Positions 8,413 through 19,021 of a stretch of 54,071 bases of DNA are shown here, piece after piece. The stretch comes from a virus (taxonomy: Duplodnaviria; Caudoviricetes). The stretch's first letter is position 1. The number at the start of each line of letters is the position of its first letter. The stretch covers positions 1 to 54,071 of IMG/VR virus record IMGVR_UViG_3300042387_000502; one strand, written 5' to 3'. Below the pieces are notes generated by a model. The model was not told where the DNA came from and searched no databases. It saw only the letters and a list, made by a program, of their open reading frames with translations. The position numbers were made by a program, and so were the translations under genes.

Positions 8413-11400
8413 TGAGTTTTACACATCTTCACGTACATAGCTACTACAGCCTTATGGATGGATTAAATTCTCCACTAGAGTTAGCACAGGCTGCAAAAGA
8501 TGCTGGCCAAACATCTATTGCTATAACAGATCATGGTACACTGTCTTCACATAGAGAAATGCAATTGGCTTGTAAAGAAATTGGCATTAAGCCAATACTT
8601 GGCGTAGAAGCATACATATCCCCAACAGATAGATTTGATAGATCTTCAAAAACAGATAAAAGTATTCAGGCATACAATCACATTATTTTATTAGCTAAAA
8701 ATCAAAACGGTTTAAAGAATATAAACATACTTCAAGAGTTGGCTTGGAACGAAGGATTTTATCACAAGCCTAGAATTGATAGGGAGGTTCTAAAAGAATA
8801 TGCAGAAGATATTATTGTTCTTTCTGGATGCCTTAATGGCCTTATTAGTAAATGCATTGAAAAGGGAGAATTTGAGGAAGCGGAAAATATACTTAAAGAC
8901 TTTAAGAAAACTTTTGGCAAAGATTTTTATATTGAGGTTCAATCTCATAACCCCGAAGAAATAAATAGTAAGCTGTTAGAATTAGCGGATAAACTAGATA
9001 TAAAGCCAGTGGCAACAGGTGATGCTCATTATGCTAAGGGTGAAGATAAAATATTAGAAGAGGCAATGCTTATATTGTCTACATCACCTAAATCAGATAA
9101 AGAAGCAGACTTTGAAATGTCTAGAAATATGAATAATATGTTAGATAGATTTAATTATCTTTATCCAGATAGAAGAATATCATTTCAAAATTACAATTTA
9201 TTTATTCAGAGTAGAGAAGAGATAGAATCTGATTTTAATAAATGTAATATTAAACGAACAGACATTTATGATAATACTATTGAGATATCTGAAAAAATTG
9301 GAGAATACGATTTTAACAGGGGTCTAGACCTTTTGCCAGTACCTAAGACAGATGCAGACGAAAAGCTCTCCCAGATGGCCTTTAAAGGCTTAGAAACACT
9401 ACACCTGACCTCGTCATGGCTAGGAAATGATACATATGAGCAAAGATTAATTGAAGAGTTAGAAATAATTAAAGATAAATCATTTGCTTCGTATTTCCTA
9501 GTTGTAGCCGATATGATTAATTGGGCTAAAGAAAATAATATTATGGTTGGTCCTGGACGTGGATCTGCTGCAGGCTCACTAGTATGTTATGCGCTAGGAA
9601 TTACCGATGTAGATCCAATTGAATATGACCTATTGTTTTTCCGATTTATTAACCCTGAAAGAAATGACTTCCCAGATATTGATACTGACTTTGAAGATCG
9701 TCGCCGTAAAGAGGTTAAAGACTATCTTAAAAAGAAATTTAAGCACGTAGCCTCTATTTCAACCTATACTTATTTTAAAGACAAGGGTGTTGTTAGAGAC
9801 GCTGCTCGTGTATTTATGGTCCCGCTTTCAGATGTTAATCGTGCCATGAAATCAATTGATACATTTGAAGATTTTATAGAGTCTCCTAACACAAAAGAAT
9901 TTAGAATGAAGTATCCAGAAGTTGTATGGCTTGCAGAAAGATTACGTGGAAAGATTAGAAGCGTTGGAGTTCATGCTGCTGGAGTTGTAGTTGCAAAAGA
10001 TGATTTAAGAAATTTTGCACCTATTGAATCTCGTGAGGATGCTCAAGATAAAGTTTCAGGAAGAATACCAGTTGTTGCTTACGATATGGATACTGTAGCA
10101 GATATTGGTTTAATTAAATTAGATGCTTTGGGTTTAAAAACACTATCGGTAATTTCAGATACAATAAAAGCAGTTAAAGAAAGACACAATAAAGAAATTG
10201 TTTTATCTAGTTTACCATTTGATGATAAAGATGTTTATAAAACATTGAGCGAAGGATACACAAAAGGAGTATTCCAAGCTGAAGCAACTCCCTATACAAA
10301 TCTATTAATTAAAATGGGAGTAGACAAATTTGAAGACCTTGCTGCATCTAACGCTTTAGTTAGACCAGGAGCAATGAATACAGTGGGTGCCTCATACATT
10401 AGTAGAAAACATGGACTAGAAGCAGTTAGCTATGTTCATGAAATAATGAAACCTTTTACCGAGAATACATATGGTGTTATCATATATCAAGAGCAGGTTA
10501 TGCAGGCTTGCGTACATTTAGGTGGTATGTCTTGGTCAGAGGCTGACAAGGTCCGCAAGATTATTGGAAAGAAGAAAGATGCAAAAGAGTTCGACCAGTT
10601 CAAGGATCAATTTGTTGATGGGGCTTCAAAACACATTTCTAAAAAGAAAGCGGAATCCCTATGGCATGATTTTGAAGCTCACGCAGGTTATTCTTTTAAT
10701 CGTAGTCACGCTGTTGCTTATTCCATGCTTAGTTATTATACGGCTTGGCTTAAACATTATTACCCGCTTGAATTTATTTTTTCAATTCTTAAAAACGAAA
10801 ACGATAAAGACAAAAGAACAGAATATTTAATTGAGGCTAAAAGATTAAATCTTAAAGTATTGCTGCCACACATTAATGAGTCAGATGTATATTTTTCATT
10901 AAAAGAAAAAGCAATTCAATTTGGTTTAGCTGAAGTTAAATTTATCTCAGACAGCATTGCAAATAAAATTATAGAAAGAAGGCCATATGCCAATTATTCC
11001 GATTTCGTACAAAAAGCCTCTGCGAAAGGCAGCGGGATTAACAGTAGGGCTGTATCTGCTCTTAATGCTATTGGCGGTGCTGCTTTTGAGGACAATCTCA
11101 GAGACGGTAAGGAAAAAGAAAACTACTACGAATACTTAGGTATTCCTACATTTAATTTAGAATCAATACCACCAAGAATTAAAGCTCAAGCAAAACCAAT
11201 TCAAGATTTTGATGATTTAGGATCATTCCCAATGTTTGGAATGGTTAAAAGTATTAAGCGTGGTACTGGGTGGGCAAGAGTAGAATTAGTAGATGAAACT
11301 GGATCAATAGGTTTATTCCATAATGAGCAGACGCAAATTGAAACAGGGCAGATGTATTTTATTCTTGTTGGAGATAATCGTATTGCAAGGTATATTAAAG

Positions 11401-11693
11401 TAAATGATATAGATCCAAATGGGTCAGATCTTTTTGTAGACTATTTATATAGAAAAGAATATGATTTAGAAGATGACGAACAATTAGTTATTAACTTTAA
11501 TCCATATAAAACTAAAGCTGGCAAAACAATGGCGCATATTGTTATGACAGATAAAAACAAACAGCTCACACGAGCAATAGCATTCCCAGCAATGTATGCT
11601 AAGGTGTTAGCAAGAATGCGTGAAGGAATGAAAAGCAAACCCGTTCTATCAAAATTAGAAGATGGAACCCTAATGATAAAGGAAATAAAATGA
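8412..11693 (+). CDS. dnaE: DNA polymerase III alpha subunit
   Basis: PHP HLHVHSYYS, TDHG, GPGRGSAAGS, PDIDTDF, HAAG, YSFNRSH. Confidence 0.97.
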   Translation: MSFTHLHVHSYYSLMDGLNSPLELAQAAKDAGQTSIAITDHGTLSSHREMQLACKEIGIKPILGVEAYISPTDRFDRSSKTDKSIQAYNHIILLAKNQNGLKNINILQELAWNEGFYHKPRIDREVLKEYAEDIIVLSGCLNGLISKCIEKGEFEEAENILKDFKKTFGKDFYIEVQSHNPEEINSKLLELADKLDIKPVATGDAHYAKGEDKILEEAMLILSTSPKSDKEADFEMSRNMNNMLDRFNYLYPDRRISFQNYNLFIQSREEIESDFNKCNIKRTDIYDNTIEISEKIGEYDFNRGLDLLPVPKTDADEKLSQMAFKGLETLHLTSSWLGNDTYEQRLIEELEIIKDKSFASYFLVVADMINWAKENNIMVGPGRGSAAGSLVCYALGITDVDPIEYDLLFFRFINPERNDFPDIDTDFEDRRRKEVKDYLKKKFKHVASISTYTYFKDKGVVRDAARVFMVPLSDVNRAMKSIDTFEDFIESPNTKEFRMKYPEVVWLAERLRGKIRSVGVHAAGVVVAKDDLRNFAPIESREDAQDKVSGRIPVVAYDMDTVADIGLIKLDALGLKTLSVISDTIKAVKERHNKEIVLSSLPFDDKDVYKTLSEGYTKGVFQAEATPYTNLLIKMGVDKFEDLAASNALVRPGAMNTVGASYISRKHGLEAVSYVHEIMKPFTENTYGVIIYQEQVMQACVHLGGMSWSEADKVRKIIGKKKDAKEFDQFKDQFVDGASKHISKKKAESLWHDFEAHAGYSFNRSHAVAYSMLSYYTAWLKHYYPLEFIFSILKNENDKDKRTEYLIEAKRLNLKVLLPHINESDVYFSLKEKAIQFGLAEVKFISDSIANKIIERRPYANYSDFVQKASAKGSGINSRAVSALNAIGGAAFEDNLRDGKEKENYYEYLGIPTFNLESIPPRIKAQAKPIQDFDDLGSFPMFGMVKSIKRGTGWARVELVDETGSIGLFHNEQTQIETGQMYFILVGDNRIARYIKVNDIDPNGSDLFVDYLYRKEYDLEDDEQLVINFNPYKTKAGKTMAHIVMTDKNKQLTRAIAFPAMYAKVLARMREGMKSKPVLSKLEDGTLMIKEIK

Positions 11694-11926
11694 CACAAAA
11701 TCCAAATGAAATATTTCAATCTATGAATATTACAAAAATTTTATTAGCTATTTTAGAAAATCAAAAAGTAGTTAATGTGCCAATTGATGTTTTTATTAAT
11801 GCTGGTAATGAAGAAAAGGGTTTAAATGTTGAATACAATGAAGAAACAAAAGAATTTGTATTTCAATTAAAGGAGAAAATTGAACAACCGACTGATAATC
11901 AGGATGTTGCTACAGAATCAAATTGA
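11690..11926 (+). CDS. hypothetical protein
   Basis: ORF with ATGA coupling. Confidence 0.65.
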   Translation: MTQNPNEIFQSMNITKILLAILENQKVVNVPIDVFINAGNEEKGLNVEYNEETKEFVFQLKEKIEQPTDNQDVATESN

Positions 11927-12030
11927 TGATCCTTTGACTCCTATTTTAAATAATAGATCAAATGACTTTTGCTATAAAGAAGTAAATCCTTATTTTAATG
12001 ATATAATAAGTATACGTAGAGAGAAGATCA

Positions 12031-13035
12031 ATGACAATTTTAATAGATGATATATTATCAAAATTAGATCCAAAAACAAGAGCAAGAGTACAGTCAGCAC
12101 AAGATATAAAAGTAGAAAAACAACTAACACCAAGCATTGGTCTTAATATGGCGTTAAAAGGTGGACTAGGTTTTGGCAGACAGGTATTGGTTTGGGGCAA
12201 TAAGTCTGCTGGTAAATCTTCGTTTTGTTTACAAATGATTGCTATGGCTCAAAAAGAAGGCAAGTCTTGTGCTTGGATTGACGCAGAAGCATCATATGAC
12301 CAGTCGTGGGCAGAAAAACTTGGAGTAGACTCATCTAAATTAATATACTCATCCGCAAAAACGGTAAATGATATGGTAGATGTTGCAACAAAATTAATGG
12401 AAGCAGAAGTTGATATTATTGTTGTGGACTCCATATCAGCATTGCTGCCAGCAATTTATTTTGAAAAAGATGGAAATGAATTAAAAGATTTGCAGGATAC
12501 AAAACAAATAGGCGCAGAAGCAAAAGATATGACACATGCAGTTAAGATGTTAAATTATGCTAATAAAAATACATTACTTGTTTTAATTTCTCAACAAAGA
12601 AATCAATTTGGATCCATGCATGCTTCACATATACCAACAGGAGGAATGGCAGTAAAATTCTTTTCTTCTACTGTTATTAAGCTTTGGTCTTCTGAAGCTG
12701 AGGCTAACGCTATTAAAGACGGCGTCAAAGTTGGAGATAAAGTTATTGAACAAAGAGTTGGAAGACCAGTTAATTGGATTATTGATTATAATAAACTTGG
12801 TCCGCCAAATTTGTCTGGACAATATGATTTTTATTACCAAGGAGAAACTTTAGGAGTAGATCAAGTAGGAGAATCTTTAGATGTTGCAGAAATGTGTGGC
12901 ATTGTAGAAAAAGGTGGCGCTTGGTATACAGTTAATGGAGAAAGATTTCAAGGTCGTGCTAAAGCAGTTGCGTATTTAAAAGAAAATCCAAAGGTTGTTG
13001 ATAAACTAGTTAAGGATATAGATGCCAAATCTTAA
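12031..13035 (+). CDS. recA: RecA/UvsX recombinase
   Basis: GNKSAGKS, WIDAE, VVDS, SQQR, TGG.A.KF, GAWY. Confidence 0.93.
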   Translation: MTILIDDILSKLDPKTRARVQSAQDIKVEKQLTPSIGLNMALKGGLGFGRQVLVWGNKSAGKSSFCLQMIAMAQKEGKSCAWIDAEASYDQSWAEKLGVDSSKLIYSSAKTVNDMVDVATKLMEAEVDIIVVDSISALLPAIYFEKDGNELKDLQDTKQIGAEAKDMTHAVKMLNYANKNTLLVLISQQRNQFGSMHASHIPTGGMAVKFFSSTVIKLWSSEAEANAIKDGVKVGDKVIEQRVGRPVNWIIDYNKLGPPNLSGQYDFYYQGETLGVDQVGESLDVAEMCGIVEKGGAWYTVNGERFQGRAKAVAYLKENPKVVDKLVKDIDAKS

Positions 13036-13213
13036 AGAGTTTTTTGATAAACCTGAAATTTTACAAAAAAACGGAGTTGAAGAAATACCTGGAACAAAGC
13101 CATGTTCTAAGTGTGATAAAGATGCAGAAAAAGCATTTTGGGATCCAGCAACATTTACTATTTCTTGGAAATGTCCAGATGGACATGACAATCAATTTAA
13201 GGTTAATGGCTAA
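13022..13213 (+). CDS. zinc-ribbon protein
   Basis: CSKC...CPDGH. Confidence 0.6.
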   Translation: MPNLKEFFDKPEILQKNGVEEIPGTKPCSKCDKDAEKAFWDPATFTISWKCPDGHDNQFKVNG

Positions 13214-13527
13214 TGTCGGAAAGATCAGAGGCTAAAAGAGATGGCGCAAGACAACAAAAAAATAGTGGACGTGGTGATTATCAAAAAGGTGACGCTCAAT
13301 GGAAAAATTTTGTGGTGGATTATAAAGAGTACGAAAAATCAATCTCTATTTCAAAAAGTATTTGGGCTAAGATATGTACAGATACTTTTAAAGTTAGTAG
13401 GGATAAGAATCCAGTACTCAAACTCATCCTTGGCCCATCTAGTAGCAAAATCAGGCTAGCAGTAATTGAATGGGCTTTGCTAGAACAATTAGTAGAATGC
13501 TGGGAGGATAAAAATGGGAAGCAATAA
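13213..13527 (+). CDS. PD-(D/E)xK nuclease / Hjc-like resolvase
   Basis: NSGRG..KGD...VDYK pattern. Confidence 0.6.
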   Translation: MSERSEAKRDGARQQKNSGRGDYQKGDAQWKNFVVDYKEYEKSISISKSIWAKICTDTFKVSRDKNPVLKLILGPSSSKIRLAVIEWALLEQLVECWEDKNGKQ

Positions 13528-13639
13528 TAAAATACCTTTTAATAAAACAATTATTAAAAATGGTAGAATTATAAGACTTAGAAAAGATGGCACTATTAAA
13601 GCCGATCTTGGTCCATATAAAGTAAAAAAGGATAAATAG
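13514..13639 (+). CDS. small basic protein
   Basis: Read manually: MGSNNKIPFNKTIIKNGRIIRLRKDG...; GGAGG RBS. Confidence 0.5.
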   Translation: MGSNNKIPFNKTIIKNGRIIRLRKDGTIKADLGPYKVKKDK

Positions 13640-13974
13640 TGGAAGATAAAAATACATTAGAGTTAATTAATTCTATTACTGAGTTTAACGATCTTCATGA
13701 GTACATGAATGATGAACAGTTAGATAAAGCGTTGGCTATTGTAGTAAAGTTATTAATGAACCCAGATGTTCCATCTGCTAAAGCACCATATTTAATTATA
13801 GAGCTTCAAGCTATGTCAACTAAATTTTCTATGATGGCGTCAGTATATTCTACTATTGCAAAAGATAAAGCAGGAACTGTAAATAACAATAAGAAAAATA
13901 TTTATTATTCAGCAAAAGAGTCTATAGACAAACTTGTAGATGCACTTAAGTATGTCGTTAGGTATAGCTCATAA
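13639..13974 (+). CDS. hypothetical protein
   Basis: ORF in operon. Confidence 0.7.
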   Translation: MEDKNTLELINSITEFNDLHEYMNDEQLDKALAIVVKLLMNPDVPSAKAPYLIIELQAMSTKFSMMASVYSTIAKDKAGTVNNNKKNIYYSAKESIDKLVDALKYVVRYSS

Positions 13975-14759
13975 TGGGTAGAGATATAGTAAAAAATCTT
14001 AAATTTAAAAAACATACGGGAAAGCATTTTGACCCAGAACGATTTGCACAATTGCTTGATGAATCATATAGAAATACAAAACGTGCTGATGGAGAAATGA
14101 CAAAGAAGTCTTTTAGTCCAAGTTCTTTAGGGTATGGTCATGGAACTTGCCCAAGATATTGGTACATGGCTTTTTCTGGCGCAATGTTTATTGACGACAA
14201 CGATGCTGTTGCAGTTGCCAACATGGCACAAGGTACGCAAGCCCATGAAAGACTACAAAATTTAATTAAAACAATGCCAGAATGGAGAGCGGAAGAAGAA
14301 GAGATAGTAAATGAATATCCTCCAATCCGTGGCTTTATAGATTTAATTATGGAATACGATAATGAAACAGTAATTGGTGAAATTAAAACTGCCAAACAAG
14401 AGGTTTGGGATGGAAGACAATCAGAGATGAAGCCGACTGCAAATCATTTGCTTCAACTGTTAACTTATATGAAATTAAAAAATGCTAAAGAAGGATTCTT
14501 TTTGTATGAAAACAAAAACACCCAAGAGCTTATAGTAATACCAGTTTCAATGAATGAAAAAAATACTAAAATTATTGAAGATACTTTTTTATGGATGCGT
14601 GAGGTTTGGGATAATTTTAAAGACGGAGACCTACCAATGCGCCCAAAGGGATCATCTAAATCTAAAATGCCTTGTACCTATTGTCCAATTAAAAAGGAAT
14701 GTTACTCAGGCCTAATAGGAACAGTACAGATAGATCAATATGAGGTTCCTAAAATATGA
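13974..14759 (+). CDS. Cas4-like RecB-family exonuclease
   Basis: CPR, GFIDL, EIKT, QLLTY, CTYCPIKKEC (4Fe-4S cysteines). Confidence 0.88.
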   Translation: MGRDIVKNLKFKKHTGKHFDPERFAQLLDESYRNTKRADGEMTKKSFSPSSLGYGHGTCPRYWYMAFSGAMFIDDNDAVAVANMAQGTQAHERLQNLIKTMPEWRAEEEEIVNEYPPIRGFIDLIMEYDNETVIGEIKTAKQEVWDGRQSEMKPTANHLLQLLTYMKLKNAKEGFFLYENKNTQELIVIPVSMNEKNTKIIEDTFLWMREVWDNFKDGDLPMRPKGSSKSKMPCTYCPIKKECYSGLIGTVQIDQYEVPKI

Positions 14760-15034
14760 TCTGTTTAAATAAAGAATGTAATAAAGACTTCAATCCAAAA
14801 ACACATAATCAAAAATATTGTACTGATGAATGCTGCAGGATTGCAACCAACAAAAGAATTATGGAAAAATATTACGAAAAAAAAGCTATTAAAAATGGTG
14901 CGGTTAGATCTTGTAAACATTGTAAAACAAAACTAAGTAGATATAATCAAAATGATATTTGTGCTACATGTGAAAAAAATATAACATATGAAAGTAAAAA
15001 AATGATATGGGGTATATTAGGTGAACTTAGCTAG
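14756..15034 (+). CDS. Cys-rich zinc-finger protein
   Basis: Multiple CxxC; QKYC...C. Confidence 0.65.
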   Translation: MICLNKECNKDFNPKTHNQKYCTDECCRIATNKRIMEKYYEKKAIKNGAVRSCKHCKTKLSRYNQNDICATCEKNITYESKKMIWGILGELS

Positions 15035-15587
15035 CCTAGTTAAAACAAAAGCATATCGTGTACTAGGCATAGATGCCTCTACTACTTCAGTTGCGTTTTG
15101 TTTAATGGAAAATAATATTCCTTTAAAATGGGGAAAAATTGAATTATCTGGTGCAGACATATACGAAAAAATACATGATGCAAAGATTAAAGTAGCAGCA
15201 ATGTTAGATAATTTAAAGTCAGATTATATCGTAGTAGAAGGAGCAATCCTTGTCAGATCACCTGATGCTGTGATAAAATTATCATATGTATATGGAGTTG
15301 TTATTGCTGAGCTTATGTCTACTGGCGCTAAGGTTATTACTATTAGCCCATCCTCGTGGCAGGCGTTCATTGGCAACAAAAATCCAACGAAAGATGAAAA
15401 GTCTGAAATAAGATTAAAAAATCCTGGTTATGCAGAATCTTGGTATAAAAACCAATTACGAAATATGCGTAAACAAAGAACTGTAGATTATTTTAATAAT
15501 AAATATAAATTATTATTAACAGATTTTGACGTAGCAGATGCATTTGGCATCGCACATTATTCAAATGAGGTGTTAACTAAACGATGA
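15021..15587 (+). CDS. ruvC: RuvC-like Holliday junction resolvase
   Basis: VLGIDAS, VVE, DVADAFGIA. Confidence 0.85.
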   Translation: MNLASLVKTKAYRVLGIDASTTSVAFCLMENNIPLKWGKIELSGADIYEKIHDAKIKVAAMLDNLKSDYIVVEGAILVRSPDAVIKLSYVYGVVIAELMSTGAKVITISPSSWQAFIGNKNPTKDEKSEIRLKNPGYAESWYKNQLRNMRKQRTVDYFNNKYKLLLTDFDVADAFGIAHYSNEVLTKR

Positions 15588-16204
15588 GCGAAAGAACACA
15601 AACAAATAATAACTTTAATTTAGAATATGGAGATAGCGATCAAGAAAACTTTATAATTAAAATTTTAAATAAAAAAATAAATGGTTATTATGTAGAGTTA
15701 GGTGCAAATCATCCAATAGAAGGAAGTAATACCTATTACTTAGAAAAAGAATTTAAATGGAATGGTCTATCCCTCGAGATATTACCAAAATACCAACTAC
15801 TACATGCTGATGTCAGAATAAATCCATGCCTTTTAGAAGATGCAAGAAAATTTGACTATAAAAAATATTTTGTTGAAAACAATTTTCCAAATCAAATAGA
15901 CTTTCTTCAAATAGATATTGATGCTGGTTTTGATAAAAATGCAAAACAATTAGGAGATAATGCAAGTTCATTGCATGGATTAATTCAAATTCCATTAAAT
16001 GAATATAGATTTACTGTTATAACGTATGAGCATGAAGCCCTAAATGATTTTAAAAAAAATTCGGAAAGAGATGCTCAAAGAGAAATACTGGATTCATATG
16101 GATATGCACTAGTAGTAAGAAACTGGCATGAAGATTGGTGGATAGACCCAAATGTTATACCATATAATCAATTTAAACATTTTTATAAAATGGCAGCTCC
16201 ATGA
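15584..16204 (+). CDS. FkbM-like SAM-dependent methyltransferase
   Basis: YVELGANHP..GSNT..LE...W.G..LE; IDFLQIDID. Confidence 0.75.
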   Translation: MSERTQTNNNFNLEYGDSDQENFIIKILNKKINGYYVELGANHPIEGSNTYYLEKEFKWNGLSLEILPKYQLLHADVRINPCLLEDARKFDYKKYFVENNFPNQIDFLQIDIDAGFDKNAKQLGDNASSLHGLIQIPLNEYRFTVITYEHEALNDFKKNSERDAQREILDSYGYALVVRNWHEDWWIDPNVIPYNQFKHFYKMAAP

Positions 16205-16347
16205 AGCTATATCAAAGCAAAGACTGGCTATATCGTAGATATATTATTCAAAAGAAAACAGTTACTGAAATTGCTATAGAGTGCAGTGTTTCTGCTATGA
16301 CAATACAAAGATACTTAGACCAGTTTGGTTTAATTAAAAGGAGATAA
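16201..16347 (+). CDS. small HTH protein
   Basis: Read manually: MKLYQSKDWLYRRYIIQKKTVTEIAIECSVSAMTIQRYLDQFGL. Confidence 0.65.
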   Translation: MKLYQSKDWLYRRYIIQKKTVTEIAIECSVSAMTIQRYLDQFGLIKRR

Positions 16348-16348
16348 T

Positions 16349-17110
16349 ATGAGTATAGAAAAAAAGATCTGGCAGACTTACGAAACAATTTTTGATGAAT
16401 TGCCAATTTACGCTAAAGAAAGCGTAGGGACATGGACTCATCAAAATCCAGGATGGGCTTATGGCTACATGAGTGGACAAGACAGGGAAAACTTCTTTAA
16501 GGAACACTTCGACTCAAAAACATATGAGACCTATGTAAATCTGCCTTTAGGAGTAATGAAAGCTGGCTTATGGAGATTTGCTATTCTTTATATTCACGGT
16601 GGGATATATACAGACATGGACACACACTGCAAGACTCCAGTAGATACTTGGTTAAGCCCTGAATACGATATGATTTTAGATATCGAAAGGGATACCCCAT
16701 GGCTAGCAACTCAAACAATTGCCGCTAAAGCTGGGCATCCGCTATTAAAAGCAGCTATAGACCTTTGTGTTGAAAGATGTTCTGAAGGAATTACTCAACA
16801 TAATCATATGGTTCATTACTATACTGATGTTCAAATGTTTACAGATGCACTATATAAAAAATTAGGAGTTGAGCCTTATCAAAAACATATCAATGAGTGG
16901 GCCCCAGAACTTATGGAAATGGATTTTCTAAAAGAAAATAAAGTAAAAATTCTTTGTGGAGAAGAAGCCAGAAGGCTATTAGATAAAGATGTAGTCCATC
17001 TTTATTGGGGAGATGACAGAGAAGCAGGATGGATTGCTTGGAAAAAAGATCCTCGTGTAAATGAATCTTATCCTAATGGATTTAATCCTCATGAATGGGA
17101 AAAGGAATGA
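16349..17110 (+). CDS. glycosyltransferase family 32 (DxD)
   Basis: IWQT, RF.ILYIHGGIYTDMD. Confidence 0.85.
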   Translation: MSIEKKIWQTYETIFDELPIYAKESVGTWTHQNPGWAYGYMSGQDRENFFKEHFDSKTYETYVNLPLGVMKAGLWRFAILYIHGGIYTDMDTHCKTPVDTWLSPEYDMILDIERDTPWLATQTIAAKAGHPLLKAAIDLCVERCSEGITQHNHMVHYYTDVQMFTDALYKKLGVEPYQKHINEWAPELMEMDFLKENKVKILCGEEARRLLDKDVVHLYWGDDREAGWIAWKKDPRVNESYPNGFNPHEWEKE

Positions 17111-17772
17111 GTGTTATAGGAGTATTGCCAGCATCTGGAAAAGCTTCTAGAATTGGTGGCATTCCTAAATTTTGTTTACCTATATCAGATGAAAGATCTC
17201 TTTTACAATGGCACGTAGAGCAAATGCTTGAAGTGTGTGATGAGGTTAGGGTCTCCACAAGAGCTGAGTGGGTTCCAATTATTCAAAATATGGACATGAA
17301 TATTAAACTAATTGTTCGTGAGCCTACAACAATGTCAGATGCGGTAAAGTTTATGGTGGGAGAGTATAACGATACAGTGCTTATTGGAATGCCAGACACA
17401 TATATATTAAACGCACCTGGAAATATATACAGACCTTTATTTAAAGATAATACCGCCGACCTTATTCTAGGAATTTGGGAATGCGGAGAAGTGTTAAAGG
17501 GACGTGTCGGTCAAGTTTTAGTATCCCAAGATAAAGTAATTGGTTCAGAAGATAAGGTAGATAATTGTGACTACCCAGATATGTGGGGCACCATGCTATT
17601 CCGAAAGAATATGATAAGATACATAGATACAACACTAGATCATCCAGGAAAACAATTAAAGGAATGGATATCTAAGGGTTCTAATATTAAGGCGGTAAGA
17701 CCAGGCGGACAGTATATGGATATTGGAACGCTAAGAGGATTAAAACAATTATATAAAGAAATGGATGCGTAA
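17107..17772 (+). CDS. sugar-phosphate nucleotidyltransferase
   Basis: PASGKASRIGGIPK..LP; YMDIGT. Confidence 0.85.
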   Translation: MSVIGVLPASGKASRIGGIPKFCLPISDERSLLQWHVEQMLEVCDEVRVSTRAEWVPIIQNMDMNIKLIVREPTTMSDAVKFMVGEYNDTVLIGMPDTYILNAPGNIYRPLFKDNTADLILGIWECGEVLKGRVGQVLVSQDKVIGSEDKVDNCDYPDMWGTMLFRKNMIRYIDTTLDHPGKQLKEWISKGSNIKAVRPGGQYMDIGTLRGLKQLYKEMDA

Positions 17773-17778
17773 TGTTAA

Positions 17779-18684
17779 ATGAAGTCATTAGTTACTGGAG
17801 GTGCTGGATTTATAGGGTCTCATATTGTTGATAGGTTACTAGATCTAGGGCATGAGGTTGTATGCATAGATAATGAAAGTGCTGTATCAAATGAAAAGTT
17901 CTATTGGAATAACGAAGCAAATAACTATAAATATGATATATGCGATTATAATTTAATTGAACCATTGTTTAAAAATGTAGACTGTGTATTCCATTTAGCT
18001 TCAGATGCTAGAATTCAAATTGCTATACAAAATCCAAGAAAATCAATGCACATTAATGCTGTTGGAACATTTAATATTTTAGAGGCATCTAGAGAAAACA
18101 ATGTAAAACGTGTTATATATTCAAGCACATCATCTTCATATGGCAAAAAAAATACTTTACCAAATATTGAATCTCAAAATCCAGACCCATTAACCACCTA
18201 TTCATCAGCTAAAATATTTGGAGAAAACTTAATGAAGGTGTATTTTAATTTGTATGGGCTAGAAACTATTTCTTTAAGATATTTTAATGTGTACGGAGAA
18301 AGGCATCCATTAAAAGGACAGTATGCTCCAGTAGTTGGTTTATTTTTAAAACAATTTAAAGAAGGATTACCATTAACTATAGTTGGAGATGGAACTCAAA
18401 AAAGAGATTTTACATATATTAAAGATGCAGTAGAGGCTAATATATTAGCAGCTAACTCTGACAATCAATCTATATTTGGGGAAACATATAATATTGGTAC
18501 TGGTAAAAATATATCTATATTAGATATTGCCAAAACTATATGCAATAATGTACAATACATAGAAGATAGGCCAGGTGAAGTTAAAGAGACGTTGGCGGAT
18601 AACAACAAAGCAAAAAATGATTTTGGCTGGGAACCAAAACATGAACTATTAGAATGGATCTATAATGCTAAAGCCAGTATTTAA
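17779..18684 (+). CDS. NAD-dependent epimerase/dehydratase
   Basis: VTGGAGFIGSH, YSSAK, RYFNVYG, RDFTY. Confidence 0.93.
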   Translation: MKSLVTGGAGFIGSHIVDRLLDLGHEVVCIDNESAVSNEKFYWNNEANNYKYDICDYNLIEPLFKNVDCVFHLASDARIQIAIQNPRKSMHINAVGTFNILEASRENNVKRVIYSSTSSSYGKKNTLPNIESQNPDPLTTYSSAKIFGENLMKVYFNLYGLETISLRYFNVYGERHPLKGQYAPVVGLFLKQFKEGLPLTIVGDGTQKRDFTYIKDAVEANILAANSDNQSIFGETYNIGTGKNISILDIAKTICNNVQYIEDRPGEVKETLADNNKAKNDFGWEPKHELLEWIYNAKASI

Positions 18685-18988
18685 AGATGTAAAAGAATTT
18701 AGATATGAAGACCTATACTTACATGCAGTCAGTGCCCCAGCGGGAAATAAAATATTAAATTCTTGTTTAGAAATTGCTCAAATGTTAATTGAAAAAAATA
18801 TATCCTATGGCAATTCAGCCCTAGAGCCAATTAGAATATTTTCAACGGCGGACTCAACAGAACAATTAAAGGTAAGAATTGATGATAAATTAAATAGGGT
18901 AAAGAATAATAAAGGATTTGCTGGAGATAATGATATAGATGACCTAATAGGCTATCTAATATTATATAAAATAGCCAAATCTAATTGA
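18665..18988 (+). CDS. nucleotide-modification-associated domain 1-like protein
   Basis: KNISYGNS...VRIDDKLNR...DLIGY pattern. Confidence 0.65.
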   Translation: MLKPVFKDVKEFRYEDLYLHAVSAPAGNKILNSCLEIAQMLIEKNISYGNSALEPIRIFSTADSTEQLKVRIDDKLNRVKNNKGFAGDNDIDDLIGYLILYKIAKSN

Positions 18989-19013
18989 CTTTTTAGTCAA
19001 CTAGAATTATAAT
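18985..19013 (+). promoter_or_regulatory. sigmaA-type promoter with palindromic operator over the -35
   Basis: TTGACT-N17-TATAAT; TTGACT-TTTT-AGTCAA palindrome. Confidence 0.7.
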
Positions 19014-19021
19014 ACACATAT

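Noticed and set aside
13974-14759. Cas4 as evidence of a CRISPR-Cas system
   Set aside because: Solo Cas4-like exonuclease in a RecA/RuvC recombination module; no other cas genes or array seen.
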